The notes: generated from the letters alone by a model not told the origin. Positions 18,583-29,045 are shown, counted from the first letter of the stretch. The stretch: DNA of 64,000 nucleotides from an uncultured Myxococcales bacterium (GCA_964400725.1 CAYNVS010000001.1:43191-107190), one strand, 5' to 3'. Program-made: numbers and translations.

Positions 18583-19581
18583 TTAGAATTTCAAGCGTCC
18601 GGCTGCGAGACCGGAAAGGACGATTTCTTCTATCAACATTTCGTAGGAATAACCTGCCTTTTGCGCGGCGGCAAAAAATCCGGCGTCGGGCGAAATGCAC
18701 GGGTTGGAATTTATATCTACCACATAAGGGGCGCCGTCGGCGGCGAGGCGGAAATCGACGCGGGCGTAGCCGGACAACATGGCGGCGTTCCACGTTTTAA
18801 CCGCCGCGTCGCATATCGCTTTTAGAGCGTCCGCGTCTTCTGGAGGAAAGTCGAATTCGCGAGGGGTGTTGGCGTACTCGTACGAGTCTTCGACCCATTT
18901 GGCGCGGTAACCGACGACTTTCGGTTTATCTTCGCCGTAACCGACGAATTTTATTTCCGCCGGAGGCAGCACGGTTGGGCCGTCCGCCGTCTCAAGCAGC
19001 GAAATGTTGAACTCGCGCCCGTCAATGAATTCCTCTGCGATGCACTCTCCCAGCGTTTTACGGCGAGCTTCGAGAAGAACCGCAAGCTGAGCCGCGTTTT
19101 CTACTTCCGCCACCGAATCTTCGTCCAATCCCACCGACGCGTGCTCCCATACCGCTTTAATTATAAATCGGCCTTTAACCTCCTCTTTGCAGTTTTGAAG
19201 CCCGCTCAAGGTATGCCATTTTGGCGTTGGAATTTGCGCGCCTTCGAGCGTTTTTTTCGTCATCGCCTTGCTTGACGAAATGAACAATCCTTCCGCGCCG
19301 CAGCCGGTATAGGGTATTTTAAGGTAATCCAGCAGAAGAGCGGGCATCTCTAATCCGCGCCCTTGACCGTTAATCGAATCGACCAGATTGAAAACGACCG
19401 CGGGTTTGAATTTTACGATTTCGTCCGCCGCCTTTTGCATGTCGAAGGTCAGCTCTATTTCGGCGGTTTCCCACCTGAGCTTTTGCAGAGCTTCTTTAGC
19501 CGCGGCTGCTTGGACGAGAATATCCCGTTCGTCTGCAGGGGCGTTAGGGGGAACGTAACTGCGAAGTATGGCGGCTTTCAT
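18583..19581 (-). CDS. D-alanine--D-alanine ligase-like ATP-grasp protein (copy 2)
   Basis: VFNLVDS, IPYTG, IIKAVWEHAS, EEFIDGREF, GYARVDFR and DINSNP motifs. Confidence 0.85.
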   Translation of the reverse strand: MKAAILRSYVPPNAPADERDILVQAAAAKEALQKLRWETAEIELTFDMQKAADEIVKFKPAVVFNLVDSINGQGRGLEMPALLLDYLKIPYTGCGAEGLFISSSKAMTKKTLEGAQIPTPKWHTLSGLQNCKEEVKGRFIIKAVWEHASVGLDEDSVAEVENAAQLAVLLEARRKTLGECIAEEFIDGREFNISLLETADGPTVLPPAEIKFVGYGEDKPKVVGYRAKWVEDSYEYANTPREFDFPPEDADALKAICDAAVKTWNAAMLSGYARVDFRLAADGAPYVVDINSNPCISPDAGFFAAAQKAGYSYEMLIEEIVLSGLAAGRLKF

Positions 19582-19653
19582 TTTTTCGTTTTCCGTCGCA
19601 AAAGCGTCCGCTCTCGTAAAAGAGCGGAAGCCTTTGCGCGTTAAGAGTCGGGG

Positions 19654-20709
19654 CTATTGAACTCTGGCGGTCGGAGAAACCGCGGCTTGGGCCGGAGCTT
19701 CTTCTTGCGGCCGTTCGGACGGAACCGGCATTTGCATTTTGAGGCGTTTAAGAGCCGAAGTCATTATCATTTCCATCAGCTCGCGGTATTTAATGCCCGC
19801 AAACGTGCAGATTATCGGCAGGTCGGAGTGTTCCGGGTGCATTCCGGGCAGCGGATTGACCTCTATGAAATTAGGAACGCCCGCCGCGTCGCAGCGCAAA
19901 TCAACGCGCCCGAAGTCGCGGCCGCCAAGAGCCTTCCAGCTGTCAAGCGCGACCTTTTTAGCCGCTTCGGCGAGGTCGTCGTTCACGAGCCTGTATTCAA
20001 CCAGCTCTTCGCAGTTTTCTTTGTTTACGTAGGAATAAACGTCTTTTTCCGCCTTGCTCTTTAAAATAATTTCGAGAACGCCAAGCGCGATTGATTCTTT
20101 TCCGGTGCCCACTATCGCCACGGTGAATTCGCGGCCGGGAAGAAACGTTTCAAGCAAAACGGGCTGAGAGAAGCGCTCCAGAAGATTTCTGCATACCGAA
20201 TGGAGTTGTTTTTTGTTTGTAATCTTGCTGGCGGGGGTGATTCCCTTGCCGGTGCCTTCGGCTACGGGCTTGGCAAAAATAGGATACGGCAGATTGACGT
20301 TAAGAATGTCGTCCGCGCATTCCACCACAAAGAAGTCGGGCGTGGGGATGCCGGAGTTTTTAATTACGTGCTTTGTCATTCCTTTGTGAAGGGTAAGCGC
20401 CAGAACCAGCGCGTCGCTCGCGGTGTAAGGAATGTTGTACGCTTCCAAAAGAGCCGGTATCTGCGCTTCGCGGCCAAACCCTTTGACGCCCTCGGCGAAG
20501 TTGAATACCAAATCCCAGCGCTCGCCGGCGGCTAATCTTTTGACGAGGTTTTTCACGTGGCCGATTCGGTCGGTCTCAAAGCCCAGGCTTTTAAGCGTAT
20601 TGTCAATCGCCTCAATCGTGTCTTTACGGTCGAACTCGGCGGTTTCTTCTTCCGTGAATCCTTCGGCTAAATAGTCGTCCCTTAGGTCGTACGTTATCCC
20701 TACGCGCAT
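19654..20709 (-). CDS. D-alanine--D-alanine ligase-like ATP-grasp protein (copy 1)
   Basis: VFNFAEG, IPYTASD, AKPVAEGTGKGI, ETFLPGREF, GRVDLR and EVNPLPG motifs. Confidence 0.88.
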   Translation of the reverse strand: MRVGITYDLRDDYLAEGFTEEETAEFDRKDTIEAIDNTLKSLGFETDRIGHVKNLVKRLAAGERWDLVFNFAEGVKGFGREAQIPALLEAYNIPYTASDALVLALTLHKGMTKHVIKNSGIPTPDFFVVECADDILNVNLPYPIFAKPVAEGTGKGITPASKITNKKQLHSVCRNLLERFSQPVLLETFLPGREFTVAIVGTGKESIALGVLEIILKSKAEKDVYSYVNKENCEELVEYRLVNDDLAEAAKKVALDSWKALGGRDFGRVDLRCDAAGVPNFIEVNPLPGMHPEHSDLPIICTFAGIKYRELMEMIMTSALKRLKMQMPVPSERPQEEAPAQAAVSPTARVQ

Positions 20710-21080
20710 CTGAATCCTCCATTCGAGTTGTTATATTGGCAATAAAAAGAAAGGTCGAAATGAAACGCGAAAGCCGAAAGCGGGTATGCAGTTCCGCTTT
20801 TTTGGTAAAAACCGGAAGTCGGCTTGCGCCTCTCTTTGAATTTGGGCTGACTTATCGGGTGAATAAAAACCGGGTCAATCATTAGAGACGACTGGGCGTG
20901 GGCGGACATTCCGTTCGCCCTAATAGCGCGGCGGGCTTTCAAGGCTTCCCGTCTTCTCGCGTCGGTTATAGACTCCGATTCTCCTTCCGCTCTCGGCGGA
21001 GGTTCGTCGGGTTCCGGCAACGGATCGACTTTCTCGCCTTCAGGCTCCGCGTCGGCCGCTTTTCCCAGAGGGTCTTCCAT
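20700..21080 (-). CDS. Possible acidic/Pro-rich leader ORF or gene remnant upstream of the ddl-like pair
   Basis: GGAG SD-like sequence upstream of the ATG at 21080. The first ~60 codons (MEDPLGKAADAEPEGEKVDPLPEPDEPPP) look protein-like, the rest does not. Overlaps the ddl start. Confidence 0.3.
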   Translation of the reverse strand: MEDPLGKAADAEPEGEKVDPLPEPDEPPPRAEGESESITDARRREALKARRAIRANGMSAHAQSSLMIDPVFIHPISQPKFKERRKPTSGFYQKSGTAYPLSAFAFHFDLSFYCQYNNSNGGFRCA

Positions 21081-21545
21081 AATATATTCGCTCCGGTTTC
21101 AATAAAAGAGTCCCGCCTTCAAAACCGCCCGCGAAGACGGTTTAAAGACCGAGCGTTAATTTTTCAACAAACATCGCTCTGCGCAATTTGCAACGTAATA
21201 CGCTTATACAACCTGCTTGTCAATAGTAAAATCCGAGCTGAATGAGGATTATTTTCGCGTTCGTTATCGTTGTAAATCCTATATAAAATATTTAGCTCAA
21301 TTTTTATGATAATCAAGTAAAAATTTCAAATATTTTCATTATTTTTCCTACTAAATCGCCGATATGTTCCCGCTTTTTGCCTAATTCAAAAGCGGGCGCG
21401 TTCGCCCTGCGAGTTGAAAACAAGAAAAAGCGCGAAATTAATTTTATATAATTTCCGCCGTCTCCGCGGTTTTTTCGATAATTTTGCGGAAGACTGCCCC
21501 GCCTTCTCCATTAAATTAAGTTGAATTCTAAAGTTTTGCCGGCCG

Positions 21546-22202
21546 TTACGCCCGCTTTTCTTCCGCAGGCTCGATGAAGGCGTCGCATATTATCGCCGCG
21601 ATGCGCTCCGGAACGGATTTGTCGTAAATGCGAGAGCATGCCGACTTGTCGAGAAAATGGTTCATTGTATAGCGAATGAAAAAGTAGCCGAAAAACATAG
21701 CGAGCACGTCGTCGATAATCATTCCGTCTTTTATCGCGCATCCCTTTAAGGCGTCGCTTGCGGCTTTAAAAAAAGCCTCGCGCTTAATTTGACTGAGCGT
21801 AAGAAAATACTCTTTAAGTTCTCCCTGCTTTTCAGGCTCCATCGAATATGAGAGCATCAGTCTCGCCATGTGCGGCATCTCAATCACCGCGTTTTGCATC
21901 ATTCGGCCGGCCTCGGTTAAAAACTGCCTGATGTTCAGCCCCTTTTTTTCGGTCCCCTTCAACCAGTTGAGAAAATACTCCTGCGCTTCGTCTAATACCG
22001 CCTTGAAAACGCCTTCCTTGCTGCCGAAATGATAATAGAGAACGGGTTTGCTTATCTTTGCCGCCGAAACCAGCTCGTCCACGCTCGTGGCCGAGAACCC
22101 TTTTTCCGCGAACACCTTGCTGGAAGCCAGAAGTATTTTTTGGCGCGTGCGGCGCGAAATTCCGGCTTTTCCTTTCGGGGTTTCGTTCTCGTTGTCGTAC
22201 AT
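21546..22202 (-). CDS. TetR/AcrR-family transcriptional regulator
   Basis: ILLASSKVFAEKGFSATSVDELVSAAKISKPVLYYHFGSKEGVF HTH signature. Confidence 0.92.
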   Translation of the reverse strand: MYDNENETPKGKAGISRRTRQKILLASSKVFAEKGFSATSVDELVSAAKISKPVLYYHFGSKEGVFKAVLDEAQEYFLNWLKGTEKKGLNIRQFLTEAGRMMQNAVIEMPHMARLMLSYSMEPEKQGELKEYFLTLSQIKREAFFKAASDALKGCAIKDGMIIDDVLAMFFGYFFIRYTMNHFLDKSACSRIYDKSVPERIAAIICDAFIEPAEEKRA

Positions 22203-22215
22203 TTACTTTAAAATC

Positions 22216-23574
22216 TCAGAATTTTCCGGCGACCGGAAATTCGCCCAAAGCCAGTTTCAGCGCCGACCAGAGCATCCGGTACTCGAACTTGTTTATCTCA
22301 AGCTGCATCTGCGCCTGAACAAGCGCGCTTTCCGCGTCCATAAGGTTTGCCGATGTGGTTTTTTGAACCGCGAAATTTTCTTTCTCGATTCGGTAGTTTT
22401 CTTCCGCTTGCGTCAGAGCCGCCTTTGCCGCTTCTATTTTTTCGGATGAGACTTTGAGATTTCTCCAAGCCTGCTCTATTTGCAGCGAAATGCCGTCGGT
22501 TCCCTTTTTAAGGTCGTACTGCGCGCCCTTGGACTTCGCTTCTTCGGCCTTGGCGGTATAATACTTCTGTCCCCAGTCCCATATGTCCCATGAAATAATC
22601 AAGCCGAGCGTGAACTGGTAATCGTTGGTCGTCGTGGAGCCGTCGTCCTGATATTGTATCGTGGAAGCCGCTATTATGTTGGGAACAAGACCCATCCAAG
22701 CGACTTTGCTCGCCTTATCGAGCATTATTTCCTGCTTTTTGAGCATTTTCAATTCGGGACGGTTGTCCAATCCTTTCGAAATGCACTGCTGAAGGTCGCA
22801 CGGGGCTTCGGCCATAGGCTCGTCTTCTTCCGTTAAATTGATTTTCTCGGCCGGCAGTCCGATAACGGTTCCGAGATTGGCCTTCGCCATCTTTACGTTG
22901 TTTTCATACTCGATGGACATCTGCTTGACTTTGGACTGCTGCATCTCAACCTTTAGAACGTCGCCTTTGGTAATCAGCCCCTGTTCGAGATAATTGTTGG
23001 CGTCTTTAATGTGCGCCTCGATTTGCAGCGCGGTCTGATCGACGATTTTCTTCGCCGTCATAGCCAGCTTGACTTGATAAAACGCCTGCACCGTTCTCAT
23101 TCCAGTCGCCTGAGCGGTAAGCGTTTCTTTCAGCTTCGTCAGTTCCACCGCCTCGTCGCCGATGCTGTTGGCGAGGTATATGGTGTAAAGGTAGGAAAGA
23201 GGCTGCGCGACAGTTCCTTTAATGCTGTAAAGGTGGTCGGGGTGCGGCATAAGCGCAAGCGTTATGTCGTAGGGGGGAATGCCGGGAGCCATGAACCCTT
23301 TGGGCAGCATGGGGTCTTCGTATCCCCACATTTTTACGTAGTTAAATCCCATTTCCAGCATGACTTTGGGGAAGTACATGCCGAAGCTGCTCTTCTTGCG
23401 GTATTTTTGTTCGTCCGCCGCGTTGGACGCAGCGCCCATTTCAGGGCTGTTGTTCAGCGCTTTCTTAACGCAGTCGGAGAGAGTGAGTCCGTCGGCCCCT
23501 AAGGCCGCCGCCGTTGCGAACGCGCAAAGCGCGATGAGGAATAAAATTGTCAGCGTTCGTTTGTTTAAGAGCAT
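22216..23574 (-). CDS. TolC-family outer membrane efflux protein
   Basis: Signal peptide, LTLSDCVKKAL.NSP, YFPKV.L, GLITKGDVL and T..NLMDAE motifs; C-terminal F. Confidence 0.88.
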   Translation of the reverse strand: MLLNKRTLTILFLIALCAFATAAALGADGLTLSDCVKKALNNSPEMGAASNAADEQKYRKKSSFGMYFPKVMLEMGFNYVKMWGYEDPMLPKGFMAPGIPPYDITLALMPHPDHLYSIKGTVAQPLSYLYTIYLANSIGDEAVELTKLKETLTAQATGMRTVQAFYQVKLAMTAKKIVDQTALQIEAHIKDANNYLEQGLITKGDVLKVEMQQSKVKQMSIEYENNVKMAKANLGTVIGLPAEKINLTEEDEPMAEAPCDLQQCISKGLDNRPELKMLKKQEIMLDKASKVAWMGLVPNIIAASTIQYQDDGSTTTNDYQFTLGLIISWDIWDWGQKYYTAKAEEAKSKGAQYDLKKGTDGISLQIEQAWRNLKVSSEKIEAAKAALTQAEENYRIEKENFAVQKTTSANLMDAESALVQAQMQLEINKFEYRMLWSALKLALGEFPVAGKF

Positions 23575-23673
23575 AGATGACCTCTTATTTATTTATATAC
23601 CAAACAGTCAACATCGAAACAAATACATGCTTTTTGCGCTGTTGTCAAGAACAATGGCGCCCTTTCTTATCCT

Positions 23674-23697
23674 CTTTCTTTGAGCGCGCAAAGAAAG
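23674..23697. repeat. REP-like palindrome, copy 1
   Basis: CTTTCTTTG-AGCGCG-CAAAGAAAG followed by CGAAA; near-identical to 36369-36392. Confidence 0.7.
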
Positions 23698-23835
23698 CGA
23701 AAAACGGTCGAGCGAATGAGAGCCCTCTTTCTGATTGGGCGAAAGCGCGGACGGAGCGGATGACGCGACGACGTTATTATAAAATAATGAATATATTGTT
23801 TGCGAAAAAATTCTATTTGAATAAACTTAATTGTT

Positions 23836-25140
23836 ATGAAAAAAAAGGCGTTATGTTTACTGTTTATAGGGTTTACGCTTGCGGCGGCTCCGCTGGAGGC
23901 GAAGCAGAGCGCGTATTGCGAAGGGTTGCAAGCCCTCGATAAGGGTTTGCTCTTAGCGAAGGACAAAGGAAGCAAGGCTAAATCCGCTAAAAAAGGGAAG
24001 CTCATAATATTCGAGCCGATGATGCCGCAGAGCTTCAACCCCCGCAAAAAAGAGCTTTTATCCGCTTTTAAAGAAGTCGCGCTGCTGTCGGACGCCTTTT
24101 TGGACGTCAGCGTCAAGAAGGTCAAAGACGCAGGGCCGGACGTAGATTTAGAAGAAACCGGAGATATGGCCGAGTGCGGCGGTTTTGAAGGAGTCGTCTG
24201 CCTTTCCGGCATGGGAAAAGAAGAAGGAGGCGATTTTATAGCTTACTTCGCCGTTTCGCAGGAGGGGAAAGGGCGTCCGATTAAATTCAAAGCGGCGCTA
24301 GCAAACGCGGCGACCTTTAAAGAGATTAAAAAAGTTTCCGCGGAATTGAAGGAAAAAGGGGACTTAAGCGAGCAGATAAAACCCTACGTCTGCGAGCTTC
24401 TTTCCGCCTTCGGCTGCGCGTGGGACGCGTCGAGCGCCTCGGTTACCGTCAAGCCGGAAGGCTCCAAAGAGGAAAAAGACGAAGAGATGCTATACATGGA
24501 GTCCAAGCCTTCGGACAAAAGCAAAAAAGGGAAAGCCGAGGCCGAGCTGAAAAAAGAGGAGAAAAAGACGGGAAAGAAAGAAATTCCGCCCAAGGAAATA
24601 GTAAAGAAAGAAGAACCGAAAGAGGAACCCAAGGAGAAAAAGGTCGAGGTCGTAAAAGAGGAGCTCAAAAAGGAGCCAGAAAAAATAGTCGAGCAGAAAA
24701 AGGAAGAAAAGAAAGCGGCGGAAATTAAGCCGAAGAAAGAAGAAACGGAAGAGCCGGCCGGGTCGGGCGGCGCTTCCGGCGCGAAAAAAGGGCTGATTAT
24801 ATCGGGCATTACGACTTTGAGCGTCGGCGGAGCGTCCGCGATTGCGGGCGGAACGCTGTGGCTAATGTCCTATCTCGAATACCAGAAATATAAAGACTCC
24901 TCGTTGAAATCCGACGCCGAAGATCACCGCAAGAAAACCAAGACGTACAGGGATTTATCCATCTACATAGGCGCGACCGGCGCGGGCGTCGCCGTAATAG
25001 GGGCGGCGCTTCTGATTGCCGGCGAGCTTATGGAAGGCGGCGCGGACGCCGAAACGGCGCATAACGGCGCGGGCGGAATAACTCCGTCGCTTTTCTGGAC
25101 GCCTACATGCGCGGGCTTTACAATTCAGGGAAATTTTTAA
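23836..25140 (+). CDS. Secreted hypothetical protein with Lys/Glu-rich linker and C-terminal hydrophobic helices
   Basis: Signal peptide, long KE-rich low-complexity tract, two Gly-rich hydrophobic segments and a terminal FTIQGNF beta-strand, resembling myxobacterial envelope proteins. Confidence 0.75.
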   Translation: MKKKALCLLFIGFTLAAAPLEAKQSAYCEGLQALDKGLLLAKDKGSKAKSAKKGKLIIFEPMMPQSFNPRKKELLSAFKEVALLSDAFLDVSVKKVKDAGPDVDLEETGDMAECGGFEGVVCLSGMGKEEGGDFIAYFAVSQEGKGRPIKFKAALANAATFKEIKKVSAELKEKGDLSEQIKPYVCELLSAFGCAWDASSASVTVKPEGSKEEKDEEMLYMESKPSDKSKKGKAEAELKKEEKKTGKKEIPPKEIVKKEEPKEEPKEKKVEVVKEELKKEPEKIVEQKKEEKKAAEIKPKKEETEEPAGSGGASGAKKGLIISGITTLSVGGASAIAGGTLWLMSYLEYQKYKDSSLKSDAEDHRKKTKTYRDLSIYIGATGAGVAVIGAALLIAGELMEGGADAETAHNGAGGITPSLFWTPTCAGFTIQGNF

Positions 25141-25146
25141 AAACCT

Positions 25147-27429
25147 ATGAACCGTTTTTTAAAACATATTCAGGCGGGCGCGCCGGGGCTTCTGGCGGCG
25201 CTAATTATTTTCGGCGCGGCGGCCGGGTGCGCATATACCTTCGATAATCCGGCTGAAATTTCCGACAAAACGGCGCTTTCCGCGTCCGTATCCGGCCTTT
25301 CGGGCTCGGCGGACAAGCTGCGCGTCTCGGTTGAAATAACGATTGCGGGGCAGACGGCTCCAAAGACGATTGAAATCGAATCGGCGACCGCAGGTCAGAC
25401 TTCGATGACGGTAAAGTTCTCGAACATTCCATCCGGATCGGCGAAAATTTTCGCCGCCGCGTACGCCGGTCTGCGTGAAATTCAGAAGACCGACTACCAA
25501 AACATCCGCATAAAAAGCGGAGCGGAAAACGCCGCGTCTCTTTCGCTGCCCGCCGCCGACGGCGACGTCGAAAGCCTTGAGTTCGAGGTAAACATTCCCG
25601 AAGCGCTGGACGAGGAAGAAGAGGAAGCGGTCGAGGACGAGCCGGAAGACGAAGAAGAGGAGCCCGCTGAGCTTGAAGAAGACGAAATTGAGCTTGAGCC
25701 GCGTTTCGAGATTGACGTGGTTTATCGTCGGACTCCGATTTTTGACGGCAGAATTTTCGCCGACGAGTGGCCGGATTTCAGCTATTTTGACAAGTCCCCC
25801 GACGCCAACGTCCCGGCGAGAGTTGCGATTGCGCACGACGGAGCATGGCTTAATATTGTTTTCGACGCTGGATTGACCGATTTGGACGTTTCGTCCGACG
25901 CTCTGGAACTGGCCGTTTCGCCGGGAGGCGCGACTAACGGAAAAGACGCCGCGCTTTTGACGTTTTCTCTTTCCGGAAGCGGAGTAAAACAGTGCTGGGC
26001 GCTTGAGGACGACAAGTTTGTCTGCTCCGAATTGACCCGCGAACCTGTTTGGAGCGCGGTCTTCCGCCAAAACGAAAAGCGTTTGACGATAGAGCTCAAA
26101 ATAGAATTGGCTTCGCTGGGCGTCGCGCCGGGCGCCGCTTCCAAAGTCGGACTGTTCGTTCGTTTCAAAGAAAAAGGAAAAGGATACTCGTGGCCGAACG
26201 GAGCGCAAATCGTAAACTTTAGATCGTACGCGCTTTTAGGCTCGTCGGACATGTGGCTTTCGCCGTCTGCGGAAGGCGAAGAAACGACCGAGGCTTCCGA
26301 CGGCGACGTAGAAATCGACGAAACGGAAATATCGGACGAACCGGACGAGGAGATTATCGACGAACCGGCCGAAGACGAACTTGAATCCGCGGAAGACGAG
26401 GAAACGTTTGAGGACGAACAAGCCGAAGAGGAGATCGCCGAGCAAATTTGCGTCCCCGATTCTATAGAATGCGTCGATAAAGACGGCAAAACGTACGCGG
26501 TAAAATGCAGCGCCGACGGAACCAAGCAAACGGAAGAGAAGTGCGACGACGACAACGTCTGCACCGACGACTCGTGCAACACCTACAGCGGCTGTTTCCG
26601 CGAAAACAACTCCAACCAGTGCGACGACGCAAACGTCTGCACCATTTTAGACAAATGCTCCGCCGGCAAATGCGTCGGCGAAAAACTGCCCGCCAACTCC
26701 AAATGCGACGACGGCAATTCCTGCACCAAGGACGACTTCTGCACAATAGACGCGGTTTGCGCGGGAACTCCCATTCCATACTGCTGTCCTGGCTTCCCCG
26801 ACATGATTAAAATTAGAACCGGCGACAACGGGTACTGCGTTGATAAATTCGAGGCTAGCGCTTTTGAAAACGCGGACTGCACGGGCGCGCAATACGGAAT
26901 TTCGAGCGCGGATTTCCCCGCCGGGTTCCCTAACAACGTAACCGAGGCGACGCAGACTACGCCGGTGTATTCCTGCTCCATAGCCGCGATTAAACCGACG
27001 GCGTTCATTTCGTTCCCGCAGGCGAAAATGGCGTGCGCCAATAGCGGCAAACGTCTATGCTCTACGGAAGAATGGAAATACTCATGCGGCGACGGCGCGA
27101 ACGCGCAGGCGTATCCGTACGGTCAAGTCTTCGACGAGATGGCGTGCAACGACGCGGCGTACGGCGAAGCGAACGGCGGAACGATGAAGCGCGCCTGCGG
27201 CGAGGTTACTACCTGCGCTGGCTCTTACGGCGTCTTCGACATGTCGGGCAACGTGAACGAATGGAGCGCTTACAACGGAGTAACGCCGAGAATTTGCGGC
27301 GGTTATTTCGGCACAACGTCCAACTATTCGGGCGAACTCGCCTGCTCTACGACGTGCGCTGGAGCTCCATCGCAGTACACCGCCAACGAGAAAATCGGCT
27401 ACCGCTGCTGCGTTGACAGCCCTAATTGA
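25147..27429 (+). CDS. Multidomain lipoprotein: CBM9/DOMON-like domain, acidic linkers, CDDGNxCT repeats, C-terminal FGE-sulfatase-fold domain
   Basis: Lipobox AAAGC; [12 protein letters not shown] (CBM9-like start); Glu/Asp tracts; [16 protein letters not shown] and CDDGNSCT repeats; [29 protein letters not shown] and IGYRCC. Confidence 0.8.
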   Translation: MNRFLKHIQAGAPGLLAALIIFGAAAGCAYTFDNPAEISDKTALSASVSGLSGSADKLRVSVEITIAGQTAPKTIEIESATAGQTSMTVKFSNIPSGSAKIFAAAYAGLREIQKTDYQNIRIKSGAENAASLSLPAADGDVESLEFEVNIPEALDEEEEEAVEDEPEDEEEEPAELEEDEIELEPRFEIDVVYRRTPIFDGRIFADEWPDFSYFDKSPDANVPARVAIAHDGAWLNIVFDAGLTDLDVSSDALELAVSPGGATNGKDAALLTFSLSGSGVKQCWALEDDKFVCSELTREPVWSAVFRQNEKRLTIELKIELASLGVAPGAASKVGLFVRFKEKGKGYSWPNGAQIVNFRSYALLGSSDMWLSPSAEGEETTEASDGDVEIDETEISDEPDEEIIDEPAEDELESAEDEETFEDEQAEEEIAEQICVPDSIECVDKDGKTYAVKCSADGTKQTEEKCDDDNVCTDDSCNTYSGCFRENNSNQCDDANVCTILDKCSAGKCVGEKLPANSKCDDGNSCTKDDFCTIDAVCAGTPIPYCCPGFPDMIKIRTGDNGYCVDKFEASAFENADCTGAQYGISSADFPAGFPNNVTEATQTTPVYSCSIAAIKPTAFISFPQAKMACANSGKRLCSTEEWKYSCGDGANAQAYPYGQVFDEMACNDAAYGEANGGTMKRACGEVTTCAGSYGVFDMSGNVNEWSAYNGVTPRICGGYFGTTSNYSGELACSTTCAGAPSQYTANEKIGYRCCVDSPN

Positions 27430-27440
27430 CGGAAGAAACT

Positions 27441-27890
27441 ATGAGAGCGGTCGTTCAGCGCGTTAAATGCGCGTCCGTAACGGCGGACGGAGAGCCAAGC
27501 GGCGAAATAGGCGTCGGTCTTTTGGTTTTAGTCGCCGCTAGCTTTGACGACGGCGAAACCGACATAGAATATACGGTCAACAAAATTGCGGGACTTAGAA
27601 TTTTCGAGGACGAGGAAGGAAAGATGAACTTGTCCGTCCGCGACGTTTCGGGTTCTATTTTAATAGTAAGCCAGTTCACGCTTTACGGCGACGCGCGCAA
27701 AGGAAACCGGCCTTCTTTCGCGCAGGCGGCTCCAATTCCCGCGGCTGAGGCTCTCTACGATAAATTCGTCGAAAAGACGCGCGCGCTGGGGCTGCCGGTT
27801 CAAACGGGCGTTTTTCGCGCAAACATGCAGGTAAGTCTCGTAAACGACGGCCCCGTTACGATTTTGCTGGACAGCAAAAAGAATTTTTAA
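27441..27890 (+). CDS. dtd: D-aminoacyl-tRNA deacylase
   Basis: [23 protein letters not shown] and NDGPVT motifs. Confidence 0.97.
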   Translation: MRAVVQRVKCASVTADGEPSGEIGVGLLVLVAASFDDGETDIEYTVNKIAGLRIFEDEEGKMNLSVRDVSGSILIVSQFTLYGDARKGNRPSFAQAAPIPAAEALYDKFVEKTRALGLPVQTGVFRANMQVSLVNDGPVTILLDSKKNF

Positions 27891-27894
27891 TTTT

Positions 27895-28986
27895 ATGAGC
27901 GGCTTCCCTACTCGCTTTAATAAAAGCGCGGGCAATCTCTGGCTTTCGGTAACCGACGTCTGCAATATGCGCTGCAAGTATTGCTTTGTAAAAAAAGGGA
28001 GCGCTTTTCTTCGCTTCGAGCAGATTAAGCCGGTTATAGACTTTTTTCTTTCGTGCGCTCCGACGCAAAAACGCGTCGATTACTACGGCGGCGAGCCGCT
28101 TCTGAATTACGCGCTGCTGGAAAAAAGCATGCCGTACGCGCTGGAAGAAGGGGCGCGGAAAGGGAAAGACGTCAGAACCTACATCAGCACCAACGCGACT
28201 CTTTACGAGCCTAAGATGACCGCTTTAAAAGACTGCGGCGTACACGTACTTGTTTCAATCGACGGGGGGCGCGAAACGCACGACGCCAACCGGCGCATGG
28301 CCGACGGCTCCGCTTCTTTCGATAAAGTCGCCGCAGGCGTAAAAAAAATGCAGGATACGCTGGAACCCAACAAGTTGTGCGCGCTTTTTACAATCGCGCC
28401 CGAATACGCCGACCGCGCGCTGGAAAATTTCGAGGAGCTATTATCTCTCGGCTTTCGGTGCGTAAACGTCGAGCCGGAGCGGACTAGGCGATGGGAGCCG
28501 CGGCAGATTGAATTCTTTTTAATAAACTTGGAAAAGATTGCGAAAAAGGCGGTTGATTCCATCTGCGGCGATCCGTCGAAGCGGCTTTTTCTCAATTCAA
28601 TCTCCCGATACCTTGCCGCGTACCGCGGCGACGCAGACAACCCTTCCGGATGTCCGTTTGAAGAAAATCTGGTCGTTTATCCGGATGGAACTATTTCCCT
28701 GCCTCCCACAATAGTTTTCGAGGATTTGAAAAATCTTTTTCAAGCGGGCGACTGCGCGCGCGGTCTTTTCCCGGCTTTTCAAAAGTGCGCGTTCGATCCC
28801 GAAAGTCAAAGCTGCCAGGCGTGCCGCCGCAAGGCGACGAATCTCGAATCGGCGAGAGACAACGGCGTGCAGATGAAGAGGAACATGGTTCTGCAAAAAC
28901 TTGCGGACGAAATAATTATTAAAGCGAAAACCGACCCGATTTACTCCGATTATATAATTGAAGCGGACGAGTGGACTTACGTTTAG
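27895..28986 (+). CDS. Radical SAM protein (sulfatase-maturase/peptide-modifier-like) with C-terminal Cys residues
   Basis: CNMRCKYC, YYGGEPLL, STNAT and SIDG motifs; distal Cys cluster CPF...CARG...CAF...CQAC. Confidence 0.88.
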   Translation: MSGFPTRFNKSAGNLWLSVTDVCNMRCKYCFVKKGSAFLRFEQIKPVIDFFLSCAPTQKRVDYYGGEPLLNYALLEKSMPYALEEGARKGKDVRTYISTNATLYEPKMTALKDCGVHVLVSIDGGRETHDANRRMADGSASFDKVAAGVKKMQDTLEPNKLCALFTIAPEYADRALENFEELLSLGFRCVNVEPERTRRWEPRQIEFFLINLEKIAKKAVDSICGDPSKRLFLNSISRYLAAYRGDADNPSGCPFEENLVVYPDGTISLPPTIVFEDLKNLFQAGDCARGLFPAFQKCAFDPESQSCQACRRKATNLESARDNGVQMKRNMVLQKLADEIIIKAKTDPIYSDYIIEADEWTYV

Positions 28987-29019
28987 GCCGCCGCCGATAA
29001 AAGAGCGTCAAAACAAGAT

Positions 29020-29045
29020 AAAAAAAAGGCGGAGTTAATCCGCCT
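29020..29045 (-). terminator. Intrinsic terminator between the converging rSAM and PEGA genes
   Basis: On the minus strand, an AGGCGGA/TCCGCCT stem followed by a T-run. Confidence 0.7.
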
